From assembly GCA_019694455.1 (NCBI GenBank), contig JAIBBY010000003.1, positions 597-64,596 of the forward strand: 64,000 nucleotides of DNA, written 5' to 3'. Shown piece after piece: positions 43,282-52,269 of this stretch. Position numbers and translations under genes: made by a program. Below the pieces are notes generated by a model. The model did no database searches, was not told the DNA's origin, and saw nothing but the letters and a program-made list of their open reading frames with translations. Source of the DNA: Pirellulales bacterium. GTDB taxonomy: Bacteria; Planctomycetota; Planctomycetia; Pirellulales; JAEUIK01. Numbering within the stretch: the first letter of the stretch is position 1; the number at the start of each line of letters is the position of its first letter.

Positions 43282-45669
43282 TTGCGTGATGCCATTTCCG
43301 GTGAGATTCCATTGAGTTCCCACGAAAACAGAAAATCTCGGCGATTCGCATTTTGGACCGTGATCCTGTTTGCACTTGGTGCGCCGATCGTCTTTTCGGG
43401 AATGGTACTTTCACTGAGCCAAATGCAGAACGATGTCACGCAGTGGCTACCAGCGGAGTATCCCGAAACGCGGGAGTTCGTCCGCTTCCTTCAGCACTTC
43501 GACCCCGAGGCGTTCGTCCTAGTGAGCTGGGAGGGCTGCACGCTGGATGACCCGCGTGTGGCGCGCTTTGCCGAGGGTCTGGTCGGGGCGCCCAGCATCG
43601 AGCCGGGCGCCACGCGTTCTCCTTACTACAGCAAGGTCATCACCGGTCCCAGCATGCTGGAAACGCTAACCAGCACGCCTATCAATCTGACCCGCGAACA
43701 GGCGATTCAACGCTTGCGCGGCTCGTTGATCGGCCTGGATGGGCGCACGACCTGCGTCGTATTTTCCATGACTCCAGAAGGCGTTGCGCACATGCGACCT
43801 GCCATCGACGCCTTATACGAGGTAGCCCAGCGTGAGTGCGGCCTTACGCAAGCGCAACTCAAGCTCGGTGGACCACCGGTCGACAATGTCGCCCTCGACG
43901 TGGCGGGCGAGCAGAGCATGCTGCGCGTGCTTGGGCTGACTTCGGTTTGTGGTCTCTTGGTCTGCTGGTGGTGTTTGCGCCATCCCTTGTTGATTGCGGT
44001 GGTGTTGATCGCCGGGTTTTACACGGTGGCGGCAAGTTTGAGCGTCTTCTACTTCACGGGCGGGGTGATGAACGCGATTGTGCTCACCATGCCCCCCCTG
44101 GTTTATGTGGCAGGGGTGTCCGGCGCTATTCATCTCGCCAATTACTATCGCGAGGCGCTGCCCGAACACGGGGTAATCGACGCGCCGTGGCAAGCGGTGC
44201 GGCAGGCCACCTTGCCGCTGCTGTTAGCCACTTTCACCACGGCCGTAGGGCTACTCTCTCTAGCCGCCAGCGAACTGGCGCCAATTCGGACGCTCGGCAT
44301 TTACTCGGCGATTGGGGTGTTCATTGGTCTGGGCTGCATCTTGTTGTGGGTGCCTGCGGTGCTGGAACTTTGGCCCGTCGTCGAGCGGCCGCGCCAAACT
44401 TCGGCAATCCACCGGAGAGGGCTCGACGGATCGCAATTGACGCGGCTGGGCGCCGCCTACCCCAAGTTGGTCACGGTATGTGTCCTGGTTCTGCTCGGCG
44501 GCGTGGCCTGGGGTGCGACGCGCTTGGTGTCGTCGGTGCAAATCATGCGGCTGTTTTCGCCCGATGCCAAGATCATCAGCGATTATGCCTGGTTGGAAGA
44601 GCGACTCGGCCCGCTCGCGCCGATCGATGTGGTGGTTCATTTCGCCCCGAACTGCGCGCTTGATCTTCGGCAGCGGATTGAATTGGTCGAGGACTTGCAA
44701 GGCCGCGTCAACGAGTTGGAACATGTCGGCAGTTCGTTATCCGCCGCCACCTTCGCGCCCGATTTGCGCGCCATCGCTCGGCCGCAGAGCGGCACGGCAT
44801 CGATCTTCAATCGCAAGCGCATGCGGCAAACCGTACAAAAGGTTCGGCTCGAGCGACATCGCGCCGATTTTGTGCGATCGGGATTCTTGCGAGATGCGGA
44901 CGGCGGAGAGCTATGGCGAGTCACGGCGCGCGTTGCCGCTCTCGCGGATGTCGATTACCACGCGTTTACGCAATCGCTCGACGCCGCCGTGCAACCGCTC
45001 GTGCGCGGCCTTCAAAAACGAGGTTTTGATGGCGTGTCGGTAACCTATACCGGAGCGCTGCCGATTGTCTATCAAGCGCAAAACTCGTTGCTGCGCGGCA
45101 TGCTCATTGGCTATGGCAGCGACGTGGCCTTGTTGGCAGTGGCAATGGTCGTGGTGATGAACAGCCTGTCGGCGGGGCTCATTTTGCTCGCCGCCAGCGT
45201 GTTGCCGGCGCTGGCGGTGTTTGGCGCCATGGGTTGGCTAGGCATCGTGGTCGACATGGGAGCGGTGATGCCGCCCAGTGTGGCGCTCGGAGTCACAGTC
45301 GACGACGTGATGCATTTTCTCTTGCGCTACCGCGATGGCGTGCGCGCGGGGCAATCGCGCCGCGATGCGGTTCTCGAAGCGTATCATCATTGTGGCCGCC
45401 CCATGTATCAAAGCTGGGCTATTCTCGGGCTGGGAATCTTGGCCTTCGCCTTCAGTCCCTTTTTACCAACGCGTCGATTCGGCTACGTGATGGTGGCGCT
45501 GTTGACGGTCGGGCTGATTGGCAACTTATTGTTCCTCCCGGCCCTTTTATGTGGTCCGCTGGGACGGCTCTGGCAACGGTCGCTGTTGAAGCGGTCTGAA
45601 ACGCGCCGGACCGAGCAGGAGCAAGCAGAACCGGCGCCGGCCGTTTCCACCGTGGCGGCCGTGCGCTAA
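43282..45669 (+). CDS. MMPL/RND-superfamily transporter
   Basis: 795 aa with two blocks of about 6 TM helices, each preceded by a large loop. The start is uncertain: TTG at 43282 or TTG at 43312. Confidence 0.8.
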   Translation: MRDAISGEIPLSSHENRKSRRFAFWTVILFALGAPIVFSGMVLSLSQMQNDVTQWLPAEYPETREFVRFLQHFDPEAFVLVSWEGCTLDDPRVARFAEGLVGAPSIEPGATRSPYYSKVITGPSMLETLTSTPINLTREQAIQRLRGSLIGLDGRTTCVVFSMTPEGVAHMRPAIDALYEVAQRECGLTQAQLKLGGPPVDNVALDVAGEQSMLRVLGLTSVCGLLVCWWCLRHPLLIAVVLIAGFYTVAASLSVFYFTGGVMNAIVLTMPPLVYVAGVSGAIHLANYYREALPEHGVIDAPWQAVRQATLPLLLATFTTAVGLLSLAASELAPIRTLGIYSAIGVFIGLGCILLWVPAVLELWPVVERPRQTSAIHRRGLDGSQLTRLGAAYPKLVTVCVLVLLGGVAWGATRLVSSVQIMRLFSPDAKIISDYAWLEERLGPLAPIDVVVHFAPNCALDLRQRIELVEDLQGRVNELEHVGSSLSAATFAPDLRAIARPQSGTASIFNRKRMRQTVQKVRLERHRADFVRSGFLRDADGGELWRVTARVAALADVDYHAFTQSLDAAVQPLVRGLQKRGFDGVSVTYTGALPIVYQAQNSLLRGMLIGYGSDVALLAVAMVVVMNSLSAGLILLAASVLPALAVFGAMGWLGIVVDMGAVMPPSVALGVTVDDVMHFLLRYRDGVRAGQSRRDAVLEAYHHCGRPMYQSWAILGLGILAFAFSPFLPTRRFGYVMVALLTVGLIGNLLFLPALLCGPLGRLWQRSLLKRSETRRTEQEQAEPAPAVSTVAAVR

Positions 45670-45682
45670 GCGCCGGGTCGCG

Positions 45683-46999
45683 TCAGGTTCGACTTTGCAA
45701 CGTTTGCTGAATCCGCTCCATCAGGTTGTCGGCTAATTGGTCACGTTCAGCGCTGGTGAACCAAGCGGGGTCGCAACGCACGAATAGGCCCAGTCGACCA
45801 GCGTAGGTGAGCGCCACGACGGCCAGACGAGTGCCTCGCCGCAGGGGCGCCGTACCCGAGATTCCCTCCAAGCGCAGGCCGCCACATAGTGCGCGGCCGT
45901 CGTCTTGCGCGTGCGGCCATTGAGAGAAGACGGGCCCCACATTACTGAACACCGCCGTGGCGAACGACCACTGCCGGCGCAAGAACCAATCGACAATCCC
46001 GCGCGACTTGCAGGCGATCTTTAGTCCGCCTACGAAATACAAGCCAATTCTCCAGCGTTTAATGGCGGTAGTCTGCCGCTGAATAGCTCGCAGCAAGGCG
46101 GTTCGGTCCGCCATCTGCTTTGGCTTCCGCGTCACGAAGGCGAAGCTCAGCACGTTCGCCACTGGCATTCGCCAATCTTCTTTCTGTCTCAGGTTGGTCG
46201 GCACCAGGATTCGCAATCGGCCGCGCTTCAGTCCGTGGTCGCGGTTCCAATCGGCGAGCGTCAGCAGCAGATCGCGCAACAGCAAATCGTTGACCGTAAC
46301 CCCTATTTCATGCGCGATCTCCACCAGTGAGGCCGATTGCTCGCGGCGCAACCACTCAGTATGGAAACTGACCGACTGACCACTGCCGCCACTCGCCGCG
46401 GGTTGCGCTGACGCCACGACCGCTGCCCGGCGTGAGACCAGTGGCCACCAGGCTCGTACGGTATTGACTCCATCCATGAACGTGGGCTGATAGTCCGCCA
46501 GGCCATATTCGTCTCGACGGGCCAGACTTGTGGCATCCAGCTCTCGCCACTGTGGCTCCCCCGATTTGCCATCCACAACATGCGCATACGCCAGCAACAA
46601 TTCTTCGGCGAACAGCAACGCAGCCAGACCATCGGAGCAGGCGTGATGAAACACAAGCCAAACGATCGATTGCTCTGCCGCCGTGTCCACACAAACACGT
46701 AGCCCGCCGGCCGTGCAACCTGTCAAACCAAGGCAATCGACCAGCGGCGCTTCGCCAGGGGCGAGTTCCACAACCTGCGGGGCGTCGCCGGCAACCCAGA
46801 CGGGCCAACGACCACTGGCGTCGATGCGCGCCGTTAGTAAGGGATGGCGCACAAGCGATATTTGGAGCGCGATATCCAGGGCCGATCGATCTAGCGCGCC
46901 GGACAGTTCCAATCGCACCGGAAAGATCGGCGGATACTCCGGACGATCGTCGGCCAGGTAGTAATACTCGAAGGCCGTCACCGGCAGCGGAAGTATCAC
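45683..46999 (-). CDS. Condensation-domain-type acyltransferase (PapA/WS-DGAT-like, HHxxxDG)
   Basis: 438 aa from a GTG start. The catalytic motif 'FHHACSDGLA' is present. Confidence 0.75.
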   Translation of the reverse strand: MILPLPVTAFEYYYLADDRPEYPPIFPVRLELSGALDRSALDIALQISLVRHPLLTARIDASGRWPVWVAGDAPQVVELAPGEAPLVDCLGLTGCTAGGLRVCVDTAAEQSIVWLVFHHACSDGLAALLFAEELLLAYAHVVDGKSGEPQWRELDATSLARRDEYGLADYQPTFMDGVNTVRAWWPLVSRRAAVVASAQPAASGGSGQSVSFHTEWLRREQSASLVEIAHEIGVTVNDLLLRDLLLTLADWNRDHGLKRGRLRILVPTNLRQKEDWRMPVANVLSFAFVTRKPKQMADRTALLRAIQRQTTAIKRWRIGLYFVGGLKIACKSRGIVDWFLRRQWSFATAVFSNVGPVFSQWPHAQDDGRALCGGLRLEGISGTAPLRRGTRLAVVALTYAGRLGLFVRCDPAWFTSAERDQLADNLMERIQQTLQSRT

Positions 47000-47100
47000 G
47001 TCGATTGCGCACCTGGACAGTGAAATGCGGACACAGCGCCGTACCGCGTGGTCGTCATCATACTCAGATGCGCTGGCCTATGCGGAGAATCCACTGGCCA

Positions 47101-47146
47101 GAAAAAAGAGTGTCTCCACGCGGCGGGGGTCGTGCCGCGTGGAGAC
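47101..47146 (-). terminator. Intrinsic terminator (proximal to the acyltransferase gene)
   Basis: A perfect 13-bp stem, gtctccacgcggc/gccgcgtggagac, with a 9-nt loop. On the minus strand it is followed by ACUCUUUUUUC. Confidence 0.6.
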
Positions 47147-47206
47147 GGCGCTCGTTAGGAGTCTGCTAACTCTCCCTGCTTGCCGCCGAGCGCGGGCGGA
47201 GAATGC

Positions 47207-47245
47207 TAAAAAAGGCCGGCAGATCCGGTCGACTGGATCTGCCGG
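47207..47245 (-). terminator. Intrinsic terminator (distal)
   Basis: A perfect 11-bp stem, ccggcagatcc/ggatctgccgg, with an 8-nt loop. On the minus strand it is followed by CCUUUUUUAG. Confidence 0.6.
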
Positions 47246-47358
47246 ACGGGGACGGAGTCGCTAGATCTTCGTACCCCTCTATTAACTAAGACGTGTCGCG
47301 TCGGCTAATTCGGACAAGATTTCGCCAAGTTTTTTGCGGAACGGTAGATTTTTTCGCA

Positions 47359-47389
47359 CGCGCGATCGCGCGGTGACCATTAATGGTCA
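47359..47389. promoter_or_regulatory. Two abutting perfect palindromes: CGCGCGATCGCGCG and TGACCATTAATGGTCA
   Basis: Read directly from the sequence. They lie about 80-110 nt upstream of the hydrolase ATG at 47470. Confidence 0.3.
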
Positions 47390-47469
47390 GAATTGATTCC
47401 CTAAATCACGCGACCGGAAAACCTTGCTGAAGGGCTGCGAGCAGTAGAATTCCAGACTCGGAGACTGTA

Positions 47470-48936
47470 ATGGCCAACTTCGTCTTTCAATTCACCGCAG
47501 CAATCGCCATTACCCTGATTGCCAACTGCGCATTGGGGGCCGAAACCGCAGAGGCCGAAGGCGGGACGCCGGCGCCGAGAATCACCCGCGCCGACCTGGG
47601 CAGGTCGTACCTCCGCCTGGAACAGGTCTATTTTTCCAATCTGCCCGACGAAGCTGAGCATATCGCCGGCATCAACAAGGTCTTTGACAAATCGACGCTC
47701 GCGTTCTTTGGCGGCAACTTCGCCGGCACTCTACGCGTCATCGATCAATTGTCCGCGGAGCTACTGGCGGGCCCGTCGCCCGAATTGTTGGCGGCCATGG
47801 CGTTACACGCCGATTTCGATCCCCCAGTACTGACACTGGACAGCGATCGCAAACCGCAGTTGAACCTGCGCATGCTCTATGATCCAGAAACCAGGTCGGC
47901 GACATCAGTTCGACTCACAATGCAGGGACTCTTCAATGCGTCCCTTGATATCAATGCGGAAAATCGACTTTCGAACAGCAGCTTTGATCTCTCCACGTTG
48001 CGCGATCGGCTGCAGCCGGGAATCTACGAACTCAAGGCCAACACCAAGGAATGCGAGATCGTCGTCGCGCGCTGGATCGTGGTCGATCGATCCCTCGATG
48101 AGATCCGGCAGGACAATGAGGAGCGGTTGGCGAAGTTGCACGCGTCGACGCCCGCCATCGAAGCGGCGATTGCCGCCTGTAAAGACCGCAACGAACTGCT
48201 GACCAATAGCCCGTCGACTGAAAAATCGGCCCAGTTCAACACCGACTTAAACGCGCTGGCCAGCGACGTTGCCATCGAGATTGGTACCCTGGAAAAAGGC
48301 GCCGACCCGTACCGACTGCGCGCTGGAGACTATTGGCGGACAGTGCGTTCGGGCGACCGGTCGATTCCGCTGCGAGTATTCGCGCCTGACAAGTGCCAGG
48401 AGGTTGCCTGCCCGTTGATCGTGGCGCTGCACGGCGCGGGCGCGGACGAAAATATGTTCTTTCAAGGATACGGCGCCGGACGTATCAAGCAATTGGCTGA
48501 ACAGCACGGCGCGATTGTCGTCACGCCTTCGACCTATGCCATGGCGTCCAATGGCGACCACTTCGATGCCCTGCTGACTGCGCTCGCGCACGATTACGAC
48601 ATCGACTCGCGGCGAGTTTATGTGCTGGGACACTCCATGGGAGGCGGAGTGGCCGCAAACCTGGCCGCCACCAAGTCGAACCAGATTGCCCGCGCTTGTT
48701 GTCTGGCGGGCTATCGCGTTCCCAAATCGGAGAAAATGTCGCCCACGTTGATTATTGCCGCCGAACTTGACGGAGTGGTGGCAGCCGCGGGACTTGAAAA
48801 GAGCGCCCAGAAATCGGTCGATATCGGCCTACCCGTGGAACTGCGCGTGATGCCAAACTACGGCCACACACTAATGGTGGGAGTCGCGCTGCCTGAAGCG
48901 ATCGATTGGCTTTTCCAGTCAGATGCGACACCGTAA
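47470..48936 (+). CDS. Secreted alpha/beta-hydrolase (esterase/peptidase S9-like C-terminal domain)
   Basis: N-terminal signal-like 'FTAAIAITLIANCALGA'. The nucleophile elbow is 'VLGHSMGGG'. The N-terminal ~300 aa are unassigned. Confidence 0.7.
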   Translation: MANFVFQFTAAIAITLIANCALGAETAEAEGGTPAPRITRADLGRSYLRLEQVYFSNLPDEAEHIAGINKVFDKSTLAFFGGNFAGTLRVIDQLSAELLAGPSPELLAAMALHADFDPPVLTLDSDRKPQLNLRMLYDPETRSATSVRLTMQGLFNASLDINAENRLSNSSFDLSTLRDRLQPGIYELKANTKECEIVVARWIVVDRSLDEIRQDNEERLAKLHASTPAIEAAIAACKDRNELLTNSPSTEKSAQFNTDLNALASDVAIEIGTLEKGADPYRLRAGDYWRTVRSGDRSIPLRVFAPDKCQEVACPLIVALHGAGADENMFFQGYGAGRIKQLAEQHGAIVVTPSTYAMASNGDHFDALLTALAHDYDIDSRRVYVLGHSMGGGVAANLAATKSNQIARACCLAGYRVPKSEKMSPTLIIAAELDGVVAAAGLEKSAQKSVDIGLPVELRVMPNYGHTLMVGVALPEAIDWLFQSDATP

Positions 48937-49032
48937 CCGCATGCTGGGGTTGTCTAAGGGCGCACGGACGGTGTGCCAAACTGGCGCCGTCGATTACAAT
49001 GAGCCGCTTTTACCAGCGAGTCGGCGCCGCGC

Positions 49033-49866
49033 ATGAATTGGGACTACCTGTTTTGTTGTCTGGCGGCGCTCTTGGCCGGGGCCATCAATTCCGTGGCCGG
49101 CGGCGGCACACTGCTCACATTTCCCGCTCTATTCGCCGCTTTGGGCTATTCGCCAGACGCCTCTGTCATCGCCAACGCCACCAGCACCACGGCGCTGGCG
49201 CCGGCGTCGGCGGCTTCGGCCTGGGGCTACCGTCATGACTTGAGAGGCATGTGGCGATGGGTGCTGGTGCTCTTGGCACCCAGCTTAATTGGCGGCCTGA
49301 TTGGGTCGGCGCTGGTCATTCAATTTCCCAGCGCCTTCCGAACGCTCGTGCCATGGCTGATATTGACGGCGGCGGCGCTGTTTGCGATTCAGCCTGCGAT
49401 CTCGCGCTGGCTGGGCATCGGCCACGATGCGGGGCTAACCACAACGCGCCGCGTGGTTGGAGTGGCCATTGGCCAGTTCTTTATTGCCATCTACGGCGGC
49501 TATTTTGGCGCGGGCATTGGCATACTCATGCTAAGCGGGTTGGCGCTCATGGGGCTGGCCGATATTCATGCCATGAACGGCCTCAAGAACCTATTGGCAG
49601 TCGCCATCAATGGCATGTCGGTGGCCGTTTTTGTTTTTTCAGGCAAGGTGCATTGGCCGCTCGCGGTCACCATGGCCGCCGCTTCAATAGCAGGCGGCTA
49701 TGGCAGCGCTCGAATTGCCCGCCGCCTTAATCGAAACCTGGTTCGCAGCTTGGTCGTCGGCATCGGTTTGACGTTGGCCGCCTATTACTTCTATCGTCAG
49801 CTCACGATCGACGACGGCGTACCGCCCAACCGACCTGCCGGCGAGCACGCCGCGGCGACCAACTGA
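49033..49866 (+). CDS. TauE/SafE-family anion exporter
   Basis: 277 aa, about 8 TM helices, 'INSVAGGGTLLTFPAL'. Confidence 0.75.
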   Translation: MNWDYLFCCLAALLAGAINSVAGGGTLLTFPALFAALGYSPDASVIANATSTTALAPASAASAWGYRHDLRGMWRWVLVLLAPSLIGGLIGSALVIQFPSAFRTLVPWLILTAAALFAIQPAISRWLGIGHDAGLTTTRRVVGVAIGQFFIAIYGGYFGAGIGILMLSGLALMGLADIHAMNGLKNLLAVAINGMSVAVFVFSGKVHWPLAVTMAAASIAGGYGSARIARRLNRNLVRSLVVGIGLTLAAYYFYRQLTIDDGVPPNRPAGEHAAATN

Positions 49867-49869
49867 CTC

Positions 49870-51036
49870 TCATTGTGTCGCGGCTCGATCTGCAAACTTC
49901 GACACCGAGCGAAATCGCTCTGCGCCTAGAAATCCGATCGGCAATTCGGTGGCGCCATCCAATGCCAGATCGGCCAGCGCTTGGCCGAGCGCCGGCGCGA
50001 ACTTGAATCCATGTCCCGAGAGTCCGGCCGCGTAACACACATTTCCGTGCTCGGGATGTCGGTCGATCACAAAATGCCGATCGGGCGAAACGGTGTAAAG
50101 GCAAACCGCATGATGCGCTGGTTGGCCTTGCAGGTGGGACAGATGCTCGCGCACAAAGGCGTCGACTCGCTGTTGGTCAGTCGCGCGCAGATCGCGATCG
50201 ACCAACAGAGGATCATCCACTCGCTCGCCGCCGGTGTGTTCGGCAATCTTGACTCCCCACGGCTCCAAACTCGGAACTCCGTAGAATTCACCAGCGGCCG
50301 TTTCGTATAAGAAGCAAGGACAGCCGCGTTGGGCCTCGTATTGCGAGCCCTGCGGACGATACCAAAACAGTGGCTTTCGCAATACGGTGAGAGGGATGCG
50401 CAGATCGGTAAGCAACTGCCCCGCCCAGGCGCCCGCTGTAATGATCAAACGCGAGGCGGTGAATCGCGACGACTCCGTAACCACACGAACTTGATCTGTA
50501 GTTGCATGCCACGAAAGCACCGATTCGCCGGTCAGGGCCGCGGCGCCGAGCATTAGCGCTTCCTCGACGTAGGCCCGCACGCAGTTCTCCACCTCCAAAT
50601 ACCCGGCCGCCGGTTCGAAGACGCCCAGATGAGATCGGTCGGGCGCCGCCAGTCCGGGCCATCGCGCCGCAATTGCCTCGGGCGCAACCTCCTCGATTGG
50701 CAGCCGGTGGCGGCGAGCGCTAGCCAGCACGCCGGCAATCACCTCCCCCGCTGGCGGCCCGACTTGCAATAACCCAACCTGATGCAACAACTTGCGGCGG
50801 CGCCGCGCTTCGAGCTCGGCCCAGCCCCGATAGGCCGCCAGCACGAGCGGCACATAATCGGGGTGCTCGAAATAGGCCTGCCGGATGATGCGGGTTTGAC
50901 CATGCGAACTACCACGATCATGGGCGATGGGAAAAGGATCGATTGCCAGCGCCTTGACGCCCCGCCGCGCAAGTTGATACAGCGTGGCGCTGCCGACGCC
51001 CCCCATGCCGACCACGATCACATCGAACTGGGTCAT
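49870..51036 (-). CDS. FAD-dependent N-methyl-amino-acid (sarcosine / N-methyltryptophan) oxidase-like
   Basis: 'FDVIVVGMGGVGSATLYQLARRG' is the dinucleotide-binding motif, and 'GLSGHGFKFAPALG' is also present. Confidence 0.75.
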   Translation of the reverse strand: MTQFDVIVVGMGGVGSATLYQLARRGVKALAIDPFPIAHDRGSSHGQTRIIRQAYFEHPDYVPLVLAAYRGWAELEARRRRKLLHQVGLLQVGPPAGEVIAGVLASARRHRLPIEEVAPEAIAARWPGLAAPDRSHLGVFEPAAGYLEVENCVRAYVEEALMLGAAALTGESVLSWHATTDQVRVVTESSRFTASRLIITAGAWAGQLLTDLRIPLTVLRKPLFWYRPQGSQYEAQRGCPCFLYETAAGEFYGVPSLEPWGVKIAEHTGGERVDDPLLVDRDLRATDQQRVDAFVREHLSHLQGQPAHHAVCLYTVSPDRHFVIDRHPEHGNVCYAAGLSGHGFKFAPALGQALADLALDGATELPIGFLGAERFRSVSKFADRAATQ

Positions 51037-51120
51037 GTCGATTTCCGCTCAGATTGACAGCGATTGTCACGCGCCCGATAAACATTCGCGCAGCGCTTCT
51101 CCACTCAGGAGACAATCATC

Positions 51121-52251
51121 GTGTCCGATCCGCCCGTCACAATGCAAGTTGATTCACGGCATAGCGGGCAGCGCCGCCCACCAAGCCGCGTGCGTCGGAT
51201 GTTCGTTGCCGTAGTGCTGATCGTGGCGCTAGTGGCCGTCTATCTGGCGCTTTCGCCCTCCCCAATCGACGCGCTGCCCTACGATCCTCCCCCCAGGCCG
51301 GCCATGACCGGAGTGCTTGCGCCGAACGACAAGTTGCGCGCGGCAGACGCGCTTGCCGCCGGACATCTCATCGGGCCAGAAGATGTTGAGCCGGATGGCA
51401 AGGGTGGTGTTTACACGGGCCTTGAAGATGGCCGGATTGTTCGCATCGACGCCAGTGGCAAGGTCGAGGAATTCGTGAATACCGGGGGGCGGCCGCTTGG
51501 CCTGCGGTTCGACGCGCAAGGCAAATTGATTGTCGCCGACGGCGTTAAGGGACTCTTGGAAATTGCTCCGAACAAAGAGATCAAGGTGCTAACAACCAAG
51601 GCAAATGGTCAGCCGCTCGGCTTCACCGATGATCTGGATGTGGCCCGGGATGGCACGATTTACTTCTCCGACGCCAGCACCAAGTTTGGCGTGGGAGAAT
51701 ATCTCTACGACATGCTCGAAGCGCGCCCGCATGGTCGGCTGGTTTCGCACGATCGCGCGACTGGCGAAACCAAAATCTTGCTCGACGGCCTCTATTTCGC
51801 GAATGGTGTCGCCTTGTCGCCCGAGGAAGACTTCGTGCTGGTGAACGAAACCTATCGCTATCGAATCTCCCGCTATTGGCTCAAGGGGCCGCAAGCTGGA
51901 CGTTCGGAGATATGGATCGACAATCTACCGGGATTCCCGGACAACCTATCGAGCAATGGACACGGTAAGTATTGGGTCGCGCTTTTTACCGAGCGCAACG
52001 ACACGCTCGATCGGCTGTCGCCGCGGCCACGGATCAAGAACATCATGGCCAAACTGCCCAAATTCTTATGGCCGGCGCCCGCGCCCTATGGGTTCGTCAT
52101 CGCGGTGGACGAGCAGGGGAAGATTTTTGAGAGCCTGCAAGACCCGGGTGGACAGAACTTGAAAGAAATCACATCGGCGGCCGAGCGCGATGGGTATTTG
52201 TATCTGGGGAGCCTCTCCAACGACCGGGTCGGACGCTACCGATTGCCATAG
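51121..52251 (+). CDS. Strictosidine-synthase-like / SMP-30 beta-propeller protein
   Basis: 376 aa with an N-terminal TM anchor. Contains 'GRPLGLRFD', 'IYFSDAS' and 'ANGVALS'. Confidence 0.7.
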   Translation: MSDPPVTMQVDSRHSGQRRPPSRVRRMFVAVVLIVALVAVYLALSPSPIDALPYDPPPRPAMTGVLAPNDKLRAADALAAGHLIGPEDVEPDGKGGVYTGLEDGRIVRIDASGKVEEFVNTGGRPLGLRFDAQGKLIVADGVKGLLEIAPNKEIKVLTTKANGQPLGFTDDLDVARDGTIYFSDASTKFGVGEYLYDMLEARPHGRLVSHDRATGETKILLDGLYFANGVALSPEEDFVLVNETYRYRISRYWLKGPQAGRSEIWIDNLPGFPDNLSSNGHGKYWVALFTERNDTLDRLSPRPRIKNIMAKLPKFLWPAPAPYGFVIAVDEQGKIFESLQDPGGQNLKEITSAAERDGYLYLGSLSNDRVGRYRLP

Positions 52252-52269
52252 CCGTCGAAATAGGACCAA

